DNA of 54,375 nt from Octopus bimaculoides (GCF_001194135.2 NC_068992.1:32170751-32225125); one strand, 5' to 3'; counted from the stretch's first letter, positions 40,531-52,697 are shown. Notes: generated from the letters alone by a model not told the origin. A program made the numbers and translations.

Positions 40531-42501
40531 CCAGTTATGTATGTATGTATGTATGTATGTATGCATGCATGCGTTTATGTTTGTGTTATGTATCTAGCCC
40601 TGAAAATATTATAGAGGCATTAGAACACATATTATGTAGTGGACCATCATTTAACAATCTTATATATGAATAGGGAACTTAATATCTTTCCCAAAGTTGC
40701 ATGACGTGTTAAAGCTTAAAGATTTTGTGAAGTAGAAGTACCAAACAAGCTCGCAAGTGCTAGATTATTGCATGAAATATGATAATGTTTACATTATCAA
40801 ATTATCAAATTTCATCCAAAATTGGAATGCAATATCGTTTTCACCATCTCTAATGAGAAAACCAGCTTGTGAAGAGGCTTTGTATTGTCTATACGAATTT
40901 GATATACCTACTCCTTCTCAGTATCAAGTCAAATTTAAACTTGAGACATGAAGTGGTAAGATATGATTCCAATTAGCAGAGCATCATAAGAAACACGCTC
41001 CTTAAAATAATTTTACTGTATTTTACTAAAATTTCTGGCTTTTGCTACTATCACTGTGCACGTGAGGGTAATGTTGTGCCGGAACGTATCCACAGAAATT
41101 CTCTCCTAGGATACGTCCTGATTTTCAGCTAGTTGAGTTATTAATTATAGAAATTTCTTGTTATGAATCAGCAGCATTTGTCTCTCTCATATCTAATGCA
41201 TGCCAGTTGTCTGTATGGCTTTGTTACAATCCCGCAAACACTTAAATATAGCTCCTAGTATCAAGATTGAAATGATTGATATTTATATGAAAGAAAATCT
41301 AATATTCATATCCTGATTCTGACAAAAATAACATGAATTTCAAACACATTATTTGGGTCCATTGTACATGAACAAATTTATTGTAATGAAATTGTGATGA
41401 AAAACGATTCAATTATAAATATTGTACAACGAACTGACGTTGGCCTTCTCTTTCGCTACAGGTTTTTTTTTTTCTAGAAAGTATGAACTTGATCTGCTGG
41501 TGATACGATTCGGATATACAGCCTAATTGTATATATTTACTGCCACCTGCAATAGTTGACAAGCTGTACCTAAATTTCAAAAGTCAGTAACGAGCAATAT
41601 AGACTGCAATTATTTAATTTTTTTTTAAATAACATATTATATCAAGTCGCACATCCGTACGTAGCTAGCACTGTATAAGATTTTCTTATTGTCAGCTAAT
41701 ATTTTGGGGTATATTCCTGATATCCGTTTACAGGCATATTTTTCAAAGACATGAAAAGAGTTTGCAAAAGGGAGAATACTCTGTCTTCAATAACACAAAA
41801 TTTGAAAAATAGTAAATTACAATGGCCAGTTACCTTTCTGACACAGATTCGTCTTATGAAGTACGAATGTCTTCATGGCACATTTAAACTGCTTCTGTAT
41901 TGGCAAAAATCGAATTAACTAAAACAATGACTGTATACTCCAGCTAGTTGACGTAGTGTAGAAAATTCCTTTAATGCCATGATATTGTACAGAAATGACT
42001 GCGTCACTGACAGCGTGGAATAAGTAATAATAGATATATTATGTTACAACAATCTTTTTGCTTTTGCAGAACTCTTATAATTAGTGATATCAAGTTCAAT
42101 AAAACCTCACCTTCGGAATATTCATTCTTCATGGATATTATATAATCTCTGAAAATATTCTCCCTTGAATGTGATTAAAAAGAAACTAAATATAAAACAG
42201 GAAGCAATACGAACATTGGTTATTTTAAAATCCTTTAAACGTTGTAACAAATTTTTACATACAGAATGGTGTTTACAATTGTAATTCAAATTAAATCGCA
42301 GCTGAGTTACTCAACAAAAATTAAGAACATATTAAAATACACATTTGTGAAAATTTACAATGCTTATAATAATAAATATTGTATACAATTTAAATGCAAT
42401 GATAGAAGACTAGATATGCTAAAAGTAATGATTCATATGATTGTACGGTTTTCCCGATCTAATCATTTAAATTTAAGACTTATCATGTGACAACAGGTGT
42501 A

Positions 42502-42505
<4 letters not shown>

Positions 42506-42552
<47 letters not shown>
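42506..42552. repeat. (TA)n microsatellite
   Basis: Direct reading. Confidence 0.95.
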
Positions 42553-42554
<2 letters not shown>

Positions 42555-43019
42555 TAATAATATAAAAGGGAAAATAGAAGAAGAATAAAACCCACAAAGA
42601 ATAAATTTTAAACAGGAAACAAAATGTATATGAAAAATTGAGCCGCTTAAGAAGCGAAATGGAAAAAGAAATGTTTAGAGAGATGAGGAGGCAGGAGAAG
42701 TGAAATAAAGATAGTACTGTAATAATGGTCTGTGTCATCTTTTCAGTATTTTATCACATTTTAACGTTAGTTCTGAGATAGAAATCTTTTTAATCGCTGT
42801 AGCATCTGTTGATTAGCAATTGTAACTTTTAGTTGTTGTATGAATTAAGATGTTTCTTTTCCTTAAAATTATGTAAAACATAAAATCAAATATAATGCAT
42901 TTATTAGCAGTATTTGAAACCAAAAATAAATGGAAACTCGATATACATTAGAAAGAAGACACATTCGGTTACATTTTTCCTTTATTTCCTTCCTAATTTT
43001 CTCGAAATTCGTTTTCATT

Positions 43020-43260
43020 CACTGTCATCATCATTATCATCAGCGTCGTGTTCATCATCATCACTATAATTTATTTTCATAATCCGTATCATTTTCATCA
43101 CTGTCATTATCACTGCAGCAAACATCAATGTTCAAAACATCTATATTATTAACGACATCGTCATCATCACCACCACCACCACCACCATTGGTGGCAGTAG
43201 CAACAACAGCACCATTATTGTCGGCGTCCTCGCCGTCATTAATATGAACATCATCATCGA
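43020..43260. repeat. Degenerate (CAT)/(CAC) trinucleotide tract
   Basis: Direct reading. Confidence 0.8.
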
Positions 43261-44178
43261 ATTTATATAAGAAAGTACAGATTATGAACATACTACCTTA
43301 TTTATACCTTAGTGTACGTTGGTTCTTATTATTATGAATAATGGAAAGAAAATAGTAATCGTTTAAGTATTTCAGAATTCAGTGCGCTAGAATGCTATAC
43401 AAACTGTATTGAAGTTAACATATATTAATATTTGTTCCTTTATGTTTAAATTCCAGGATGGTCGATTAACCATATCTTAATGTTAAACTATAGAGCAATC
43501 CTTATAATCTACTATGAATTTATACACCCTTTGTGAATAGAATCTCTTTTGACGTCAGGAATATTATTACTGTAGATGGTACCGTCGATATGTCTTTCTT
43601 AGCGATTCAAACATCTGATCCGTCCATAAATAAATTTATCACATTCTCACGCATCGTTACGCGTCTAATAGCTACGAACCATACATAGATTTATATCTAA
43701 CTATATATACATGTCAGTCAAAGGTGTGGTCATGCAGCGATGTTAAATGTCAATAATCTCTGTTATCTACAGTATTTCTTTATTATCTTTGTTCTATTTT
43801 TAGACCTAAATGGTAATTCCTTAGGTCATCATTTAAAATGTTATGAATTGTCTTAATGGATTTGTTACCTAATTGTTGAAAATAAAATTCTAGTTTTTTA
43901 CACGACGAATGAAAATTTGCAAACACGGTTCATGGTTCAAATATATGGTGTTTCACCTGTGTTAGCAATCAATATGAACATTGAAAGCTTTTAATGAGAG
44001 CACAAGTATAATATCGGAATAAAATTTAGCGCAAATAGTTCATGTGTCTATGTGCACTAAGTTTGGATACTATATATCATTATTGTGTGATGCGATAGTG
44101 TGTTAACACAGTTATATCGATATCAGTTTCAAAATTATATAATTCATTGGGTAATATTAATATTAATATTACGAAAAT

Positions 44179-44372
44179 GGCGATGAGCTGACAGAATCCT
44201 TAGCACAGCAGCATTTCGTCCGTCTTTATGTTTTGAGTTCAAATTCCACCAAGGTCGACTTTACAGTTTATCATTCGTAGTCGACGAAATACTTAACAGT
44301 TGAGCACTGGGGTCGATGCAATGGAGGTACCCCCGAAATTGTTTGGTTTGTGCCAATCTTTGAATCAAGTAT
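44179..44372 (+). mobile_element. tRNA-derived SINE (family A) with short internal deletion
   Basis: GGCGATGAGCTGACAGAATCCTTAGC..GAGTTCAAATTCC (B box)..AGGTCGACTTT..GAGCACTGGGGTCGATG..TTGTGCCAA. Confidence 0.82.
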
Positions 44373-45092
44373 TACGAAAATCAGTAAAATATTGCTAGCA
44401 GGACTATCACCACGTCGATCAAATCCTTAGTGGCATATCTTCCGGATAATTACGCATTCAGTTTCAATTCCATATAAAGTGTCAAGATCGTTAAAATGAG
44501 GCCAGTTTATTTGATTTATCCCATTACTCCAAAACTGCTGAAATTTCAAAATATTACTGAGAAAATTATCATTGTTTTATTTATTTTTATTTTAGATGGA
44601 CAAAATAATTTTCCTTTAATCTAAAGATATGGGCTGCGTTTAAAAATTTCACAGCAACTACGAGTTGCTCGTTCTTTTTAGAATAAGTGTTTATTTTATG
44701 ATAGAACATCCATTATATTTACCGGCCATCATTTTTTCTTAGCTGCATCTTTCAGTGAATTTACTTTGTAGAAAGCAAAACAATTACGAAACATTTACAA
44801 AACTCTATAAATACACACAAAAACATACAAAACCAGAAGGTGAACAATGCCATTGCTAGGAAATAAGCACGGCATTACATGCAATAAATTTGACAACCGC
44901 AGCTGTCTTGTACATATTTTATTATTTGAAATCCTGCGAACAATAACACAAAACAATTGTTCGCAAACGTTCCATTCAAGAAAAAAATTCAATTTTTTTA
45001 CATAATTTGCTGAACAAACTGAAAAATCACTGCATTATGTCCAAAAGAAGAGGTAACGTCATAGAAAAATATATAGAGGTAAGTGCAATCAC

Positions 45093-45231
45093 GAGAAGTT
45101 AATCTCCAACCGATATTCCACGTTGAAGTAAGAGATTTTCTTTGTTCCATCCAAACATGATGGGGAGACTGGCCAACCAGGAATTTGAGTGAACTGTCTT
45201 TTACTGGTGGAGAGAAAACGTGTGGCTTTAT
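45093..45231 (-). CDS. Candidate internal coding exon, 139 nt, weak arrestin C-domain resemblance
   Basis: Pyrimidine-rich acceptor (TTTCCTCTCTTTCTTTCAATGTTGACACAG), open frame KATRFLSTSKRQFTQIPGWPVSPSCLDGTKKISYFNVEYRLEINF, donor TC|GTGATT just before an in-frame stop. Confidence 0.35.
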
Positions 45232-47239
45232 CTGTGTCAACATTGAAAGAAAGAGAGGAAATGATTTAAAGCGCGAGCTGAATTTTATGTATAATCTGTC
45301 CGCACAGAGTATTTTTTCTTTCTTTCTTTCTTTTTGTTTTGTTGGGGAAATAAGAACATGAGAATCAACTCTTCGACAAAGACAACAGATAACACGTAAT
45401 CAATATCATAAGAAAATTCTAGTAAGCTGTCAATATAAATTTAAGCTTTGCCGTTATGCATTGAAATGTGTTCATCATATTGAAATATTTCCTCAAGAAA
45501 ACGCAAGGAAACAAAGTAACTTTGGAGTTGCGCCTTATAAAGAGTGCTTAATATCCAAAATAAATGGAACAGCTACATCAGTTATGGCAATGCAATCTAC
45601 AACTTATATTTTTACCCACCTGCTTTAAAGGGTACAAATGACATCAGCAACGTTCGTTAACTTAAATAATGTGACATGAATTAAAGCCCGTGATTATCGT
45701 CTCGTGAAACTACAGTATACAACTTTGAGTGGTTAATCCTAAAGGCGATTATACTCAATGCAATACGATTCTATTCAAGTTACTTTTAATACTTTCGCCC
45801 ACGTATCATGCATATATATCCGTTAATTCACGTATCATGCATATATATCCGTCAATCCTTCACTCAAATATTCTGGTTCTGTTTATCATTCTATGCTGTT
45901 ATATATATTGACCGAGTCAGTGTATTGACTCGTAATGCTTGAAGAAATCCGTCCGGAATGTAATTTTAGTCATAGCACCTATATTTGAAGTTAACCGAAT
46001 AATTGTGATTCTATTTAAATTAGGCTCTTGCTGTATTGTATATGTTGAAACGTACTATCTTTTCGTAGTTTACACACTGCAGCAACCACTTGATAGTTTT
46101 GAAATGATGACCAAGGAAAGGAAATATTGTAGGTGAAAAGCCATAATACGATAAAGGGACATTTATATAATGATTAGTTATTCATTAACGCAATAGAATT
46201 TTGAAAAATCAAATAGTTTGCGTAGTGTAGACATTTACTTTCATATTGATATTTCCTCTAACGATGAAGAGATTAAGTCATTAATCGCTAATATTGTTTC
46301 CGGTCATCAATTTTCTGTTGTACCCAGCTATGTCCAAACATTTGCCTCTTTTGTTTACAGCGAATTTAGCTCTAATTCACCAGTATCTGAAAGAAAACAT
46401 TGTCTCTACCGCCTTCCACATGCACTTAAGCATTTCACTGATTTGTATTTAAGTATCCTCTTTTACGACATACTTTAAAACAATTACTTCGGTGTGGTAT
46501 ATATTCAATTATTTCAAGGATTAAAGTTCGTGGATTACATTAAAACATTTTAACTGTACAACATATATATCATTTTTCTTGCGTTACTTATCTAAATACT
46601 ATCTCAAACACTCACAGATACACACGCACGTACACAGGCGCGCACCCCCCCAACCTCCACACATATATTAAAATACATAGACACACATATGTATATACAT
46701 ACGTACACACACACATGCACAGACACACGAACGAACACACATACAGGTACATATGTAGATCTTAGTTGAGATGTAGAACCCAAGAGCCCAAGTAAAATGA
46801 AAAGAGTACTTATATCTCAGTATTTCATTTTCTCTCAAAAGTTCATAAATTCACTTGGCGCCAACAATATTTATGTGTGTGTGTGCATGTGTGTGGGGGG
46901 TGCGTGTGTGATAGATAATGAATGGTATGGTATACACCCGGTAGCTTACCGGTAAATGTTGTTCAATTTCACATTGTTCGTTGGGTGTTTGAATAATGAG
47001 AAACACGGAAGATGGAAGACACGAGAATGTTAAATAATAACTACAATCGTTTCCACCCATCTGGTATCGATTCCTCACGGGTGGGATACTTAATAACAGA
47101 TTTAAAAGCATCCGACAGTGTAGATGTGTTGCTTCGGGCAATTTTAATAGACACCTCGTTAAAAGATACTTTCTTGGTCTATGTAAAGAAAAGTAGCAAA
47201 TAATTGTTCTGATTCTTTTATATCTTTCACCAGTCTATA

Positions 47240-48020
47240 GATAACGGTACGGCATTCACATCAGTGGCATATCGCGAAAGGGAAATTAAACTGCCTCTAC
47301 CATCTGTAGACTAGGGGGGGGGGCTTGGGAAAGTGCTACCAGCCACTTAGCCTCCTGTGCCATGGATAAACTGAAGACCTCTGCAGCAGAACCTTACGTA
47401 GCCTATAAGACAGGGGAGTCCTAGACGAACGGTCTAGTACTGCTTGCGATCAAGCAGAAGATTTGTTCTGTCAGACAACGGTTGTTGATCAACTAGCAAG
47501 GGAGCTAGAGTCACGGGGTGGTCCCATCATCGAACATGCACTTACTACACATGTGCACTTCTTCGTACCTGTCCAAGCAACTCAGTGTGGAACTCTGGGG
47601 AAGAGGGATGACACCAACAGCATTCTTTATTGTCCAATGCGTTTTTCTTTTCTCAGAGAAGTGAGAAACTCAGTGTGATTGGTGCAAATGGCACGGTAAA
47701 TTAAGCCTGCTATGAAGAAAATGTGTCTTGTTCCCCACGACCAGCGAGACTTCATTTCAGTGGTAGAAATTGCAAGAGAATGAAAATGACTCTAGTATTC
47801 TGGAAAGAGAGCAATTTCCTTCGCAGCGATATACCTGAGCAGAGGGCAACCACGACTCCAAAATAATTGCATTGTTATATTGTAAGCATAACTGTACACC
47901 AAGGAATGAGTATCGAGAGAAAGGGCCAGTTCCAAGACAAGAGTTATACCTTCTAGGTTGTAAAGATAGATGGAAAAAACGGCGCATCTGTGGATTTTGC
48001 TATCAACAATACACTTTGGC
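47240..48020 (+). mobile_element. RTE-clade LINE 5' region with degraded APE endonuclease start
   Basis: LHCYIVSITVHQGMSIERKGQFQDKSYTF*..GASVDFAINNTL resembles L.RY.I.IAALQETR..GQL.E..YTFFW..GVGFAI..L; the 5' boundary is approximate. Confidence 0.65.
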
Positions 48021-48159
48021 ATGTATTACATACATACACATCCACATATACTTATAGACATACAAGCATACATACGGACATACATACATATACATACCCA
48101 CCTACAAATTCTGGAAAGATATGTCCAAAGAGACACGTGCAAACATCTAGAGGGTAATC

Positions 48160-49330
48160 AGATCCAAGACACCCTTTGTGTGGTGTTGTGTGGTATGCGG
48201 GTGTGCGGTGTGGTGGTGTGGGGGTGGCAAGAGTGGGGAAAGCAAGGGTGGGGTCTAAGGGATGGGGAGATAGGATGTATAGGGATGATGTGGGGTGGGG
48301 TAGGATGTATAGGGATGGTGAGGTTGGATTGTGTAGCGGTGGGGTAACGAGGGAGGGGTGACGATGAAGGGAGAGGGTCGAAGGCTGTAGGTGGGTAGGA
48401 TTGAAGAGAGAATGTAGGTACTAGAGCAAGAGTGGAGAGGTGCGTGAGAGGAAGTACGTGTGAGANNNNNNNNNNNNNNNNNNNNNNNNNNNNNNNNNNN
48501 NNNNNNNNNNNNNNNNNNNNNNNNNNNNNNNNNNNNNNNNNNNNNNNNNNNNNNNNNNNNNNNNNNNNNNNNNNNAGCAAGGGTGGGGTCTAAGGGATGG
48601 GGAGATAGGATGTATAGGGATGATGTGGGGTGGGGTAGGATGTATAGGGATGGTGAGGTTGGATTGTGTAGCCGTGGGGTAACGAGGGAGGGGTGACGAT
48701 GAAGGGAGAGGGTCGAAGGGTGTAGGTGGGTAGGATTGAAGAGAGAAAGTAGGTACTAGAGCAAGAGTGGAGAGGTGCGTGAGAGGAAGTACGTGTGAGA
48801 GGAAGAGAAGAGAGAAGAGGAGGGTTAGATGAAGAAGGGATGAGAGTTGAGCCCATGTGGCGCAAAGGAGCGTAGGGAGAAGATTAATCCCTGCTCAAGA
48901 CGAAGACGGGTGTCCGGATGGCCCCTGTGCAAGGACAATCCGAAAACAGAGAGGTGTTGTAAATGGTGACTGGTAGAGCGGAAGTGGCGTGAGACTAGGT
49001 AGTCGTTGCTGAGTCGGATGTTCTGGAGGTGTTCCGCGAACCTGTCAGCCAAGCGGCGTCCCGTTTGACCGATAAATAGAGGATAGAGCAGGAGATGCAG
49101 TAGTTGACGTTGCTAGAAATGCAGGTGAGGAGTCACTGATGTGATAGGGTCGATGATAGGTGACTGTGAGGAGAGTGGTGTTGGTGAGGTAAGGGTAACT
49201 GCGACAGTGTGGGCGAGAGCAGAGGACCGAGCTGGTTTGGGAGGCTTGTTTCGGGTAATCCGGACCCAGAGGTCTCGTAGGTTGTGGGCTCATTTGAAGG
49301 AAGAGAGGGGTCGGTTGAATATGTAGTAAG
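48160..49330 (-). mobile_element. 5'-truncated Penelope-like element: linker, GIY-YIG endonuclease and pyrimidine-rich 3' region
   Basis: LSSFK*AHNLRDLWVR; CSRPHCRSYPYL; TCISSNVNYCISC..FIGQTGRRLADRFAEHL..VSRHF..RLRLEQGLIFSLRSFAPHGLN. Confidence 0.88.
48241..48800. repeat. 225-bp direct repeat on either side of a gap
   Basis: 48241-48465 vs 48576-48800, 3 substitutions seen. Confidence 0.85.
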
Positions 49331-49532
49331 AGGGCGGATATAATGTCCAGGAACATATTGCATTTCTCTATGGAAAATAGCAAGGCTGGTTCCCTCAAAT
49401 AGTGTGTTTTATGGTAAATTTCCAATGTTACAGTTTATTTCTTGGCTATAATAAAGTGGAATATGGATAATAAGGAGAATTAAAAATTTAATCATTCAAA
49501 CTTCATGTTTAATTACAGTTCATTTATTCATA

Positions 49533-49703
49533 ATAATTGTCCGACACGTGTTTCGATCGTACTAATTGCATATTGCTGCATATTTATATGCAGCGATTTA
49601 TGCATTAAAGTACGATCTTTTCGGGGTTTATAAATATTACATTCTACCAAGAGGAATTTTCCTACCTTATTAGTTTTAACTAGGCTTGAGAGTAGTAAAC
49701 AAA
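49533..49703 (-). repeat. Left arm of a diverged head-to-head repeat pair, containing a hammerhead-like fold
   Basis: Reverse complement aligns along its length with 49912-50120. Confidence 0.8.
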
Positions 49704-49911
49704 GACGTTCATCGTTAAGTGTTTTATTTTTTTTCCCAAACTGAGTTTTACGTAAAATTGAGGGCTAGTCATAAGTATAGTATCCTATAAATAACCACTT
49801 CCCAAATTAACAAGACAATTTTCCAACTTCAAAAAAGAACAAAACAGCACAACTGCTGCTGAATTTTGTCCAACCAATCAGATATTAAAAATAGCATATC
49901 GATGAATATCA

Positions 49912-49919
49912 TGGTTTAT

Positions 49920-49969
<50 letters not shown>

Positions 49970-50120
49970 AGCAATTCAAACTAATAATGGAGGAAAATTG
50001 CTCTTCGAACAATATCATATAAACACTGAAAAGATCGTACTAATGATGCATAAATCGTTGCATATAAATATGCAACAATAGGCAGTAAGTGCGATCGAAA
50101 CACTTGTCAGACAATGATTA
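49912..50120 (+). repeat. Right arm of the pair; hammerhead-like core 50026-50108; contains (TAC)n at ~49919-49963
   Basis: CTGAAAA-GATCGTAC..GTGCGATC-GAAAC-ACTT-GTC. Confidence 0.8.
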
Positions 50121-50160
50121 AAAAGAAACTACCTGCATGTAAACATGACGAACGCTGGAC

Positions 50161-50620
50161 AGAGGTGTCGCACAGTAAAGCTAAGAAGAAGGGGAGATAA
50201 TAAAGTAGTGCTGATCCAAAATGAATGTGCGCGTTCGTGTGTATGTGAGAGCCTGTATGTACTAGTGGAAAGGGGCTGGTGATATTGACGTGTACGTGTG
50301 GGCATATGGAGGTGTGCATATGATGGTGTAGGTGCTGCGAAGTGGTCAGTGGAAATGTGTGCGCAGAGAAGTGGTCAGTCCCAGAGTGTTCGGTGTGGTG
50401 TGATGTGGTCTGCTGCTGCTGAATTTTGCTTTTTTATCAATATTGTATTGTGCATGTGCGTGTGCGTGCGTGTGTGCATGTGTGCGCGTGTGTGTGAGAG
50501 AGAGAGAACGAGAGAGAGAGAGAGCGAGAGAGAGAGAGAGAGAGTAGTTTGACTGGTGACCGCTGTTGCTGCCGCTGCTACCATCTGCAGCTGTTTTCAG
50601 CTTTCCTGTGCGACACCTCT
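50161..50620. mobile_element. 460-bp MITE-like element with 22-bp terminal inverted repeats
   Basis: AGAGGTGTCGCACAGTAAAGCT (50161-50182) vs the reverse complement of 50599-50620, one mismatch; non-coding interior; no clear TSD. Confidence 0.7.
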
Positions 50621-50762
50621 TATGAATGAACGATCCACAAATATACTTACATGGAGTCGCTACTATAATCGGTTTTCATACATATATGTATGTATATTAA
50701 TACTATATATATATATATATATATGTTAAATCTCTGAACGAGGTGTTAACAGTAACTGCACG

Positions 50763-51796
50763 ATAAAGTGAAGTATATTTGACATTTAAATGTGGCTGAC
50801 CCCTAAGGGTGGATGTTACTGTTGCTTTTAGCCCCAGGAGAACATCTCCTCCAGCTGGCTTATCGACACATATCTGTGTCCTGTCTATTTTTGCCAAGGG
50901 AAGTTATCCTTCCCATCTTGATCTGCGATACGTACGGACCCGAGTTTCAGGGTTATTTCCCTTCTTCAGCGGACGATAATCGCCGACCTTTGATGTGAAT
51001 GACAATCCCTTGGCAATATATAAGTCTTTTTCCAGTGAAGTTATTCACTGATATCGAAAAAGTGAAAACAAGCANNNNNNNNNNNNNNNNNNNNNNNNNN
51101 NNNNNNNNNNNNNNNNNNNNNNNNNNNNNNNNNNNNNNNNNNNNNNNNNNNNNNNNNNNNNNNNNNNNNNNNNNNNNNNNNNNNNNNNNNNNNNNNNNNN
51201 NNNNNNNNNNNNNNNNNNNNNNNNNNNNNNNNNNNNNNNNNNNNNNNNNNNNNNNNNNNNNNNNNNNNNNNNNNNNNNNNNNNNNNNNNNNNNNNNNNNN
51301 NNNNNNNNNNNNNNNNNNNNNNNNNNNNNNNNNNNNNNNNNNNNNNNNNNNNNNNNNNNNNNNNNNNNNNNNNNNNNNNNNNNNNNNNNNNNNNNNNNNN
51401 NNNNNNNNNNNNNNNNNNNNNNNNNNNNNNNNNNNNNNNNNNNNNNNNNNNNNNNNNNNNNNNNNNNNNNNNNNNNNNNNNNNNNNNNNNNNNNNNNNNN
51501 NNNNNNNNNNNNNNNNNNNNNNNNNNNNNNNNNNNNNNNNNNNNNNNNNNNNNNNNNNNNNNNNNNNNNNNNNNNNNNNNNNNNNNNNNNNNNNNNNNNN
51601 NNNNNNNNNNNNNNNNNNNNNNNNNNNNNNNNNNNNNNNNNNNNNNNNNNNNNNNNNNNNNNNNNNNNNNNNNNNNNNNNNNNNNGATATGTGTCGATAA
51701 GCCAGCTGGAGGAATGTTCTCCTGGGGCTAAAAGCAACAGTAACATCCACCCTTAGGGGTCAGCCACATTTAAATGGCAAATATACTTCACTTTAT
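50763..51796. mobile_element. Inverted-arm structure, probably PLE pseudo-LTR pair; centre in a gap
   Basis: 50763-50874 is the reverse complement of 51686-51796 (one substitution, one small indel seen); hammerhead inside; (TA)n nearby on both sides. Confidence 0.65.
50925..50983 (-). ncRNA. Minimal type I hammerhead ribozyme
   Basis: GCGATTATCGTCCG-CTGAAGA-AGGG-AAATAA-CCCT-GAAA-C-TCGG-GTC-CGTACGTATCGC: full catalytic core, 4-bp stem II, 2-bp stem III, stem I with one mismatch. Confidence 0.82.
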
Positions 51797-52626
51797 ATAT
51801 ATATAAATATTCATATAAGCATAAATGCATGCATACATACATATACATACATGTGTGTGGGTGTGCGTATTAGAAAGTTGTAGGTACTAATATATGCCTC
51901 ATTGTTGCATGTTCGAATCAATTACAAGAGAAAAAGTGAAGTAAAGCAGTGTTTCAGTAAATGAATTATATAATAGATCAAAGCACATACTAGCTTCATT
52001 ATTTTACTTCCATGTAAAAGAATTGTAATCCACACTCAACATTTACGTAATTGGAAGGCATTTGATATCCTGTTTAAATATCAAATTGTCGTCGTTCAAC
52101 AAAAATTGCTTCTGAATGAACGATCCACAAATATACTGAGAAAAATATACAACTGACAGTTGGTGGCTTGGTGGACACTATAATGTGGAGATAAATGTTT
52201 TATTTTTGTTAACTTGCTCTTAACTAGTGTCGTGTATTGATATGGTGAATACAGATCTGCTTGGGATATGACATCTGAGGAACTTGAAGAAAAATGTTTA
52301 TTTAATAATCAACTGTTGATAAGGAGAACCAAGAACGTTTGTACTTCGTCGAAACTAGTAATTGCGTTTATGAAAGTCATATGAAAGGTTTCTTTTAAGT
52401 GACTCAAAAATTAATTTGTGCAATAAATTTCTGAAATGATGAAAGTGAAGTATTAGAGGTTGGCAAATTGTGCCTTTGAATTTGTATTTCTGTGTTGGGC
52501 ATAAGATGGAAAGAGATATTGAAATGTAAAATAAAAACGAAACACAGAGAACAATATAAGATATTATAGAATGACTGAAAGAAACAAATAGCAAGAGATA
52601 TAGAGAATTCCACAAAGAACTGGGAA

Positions 52627-52694
<68 letters not shown>
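52627..52694. repeat. (TG)n-(GA)n compound microsatellite
   Basis: Direct reading. Confidence 0.95.
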
Positions 52695-52697
<3 letters not shown>

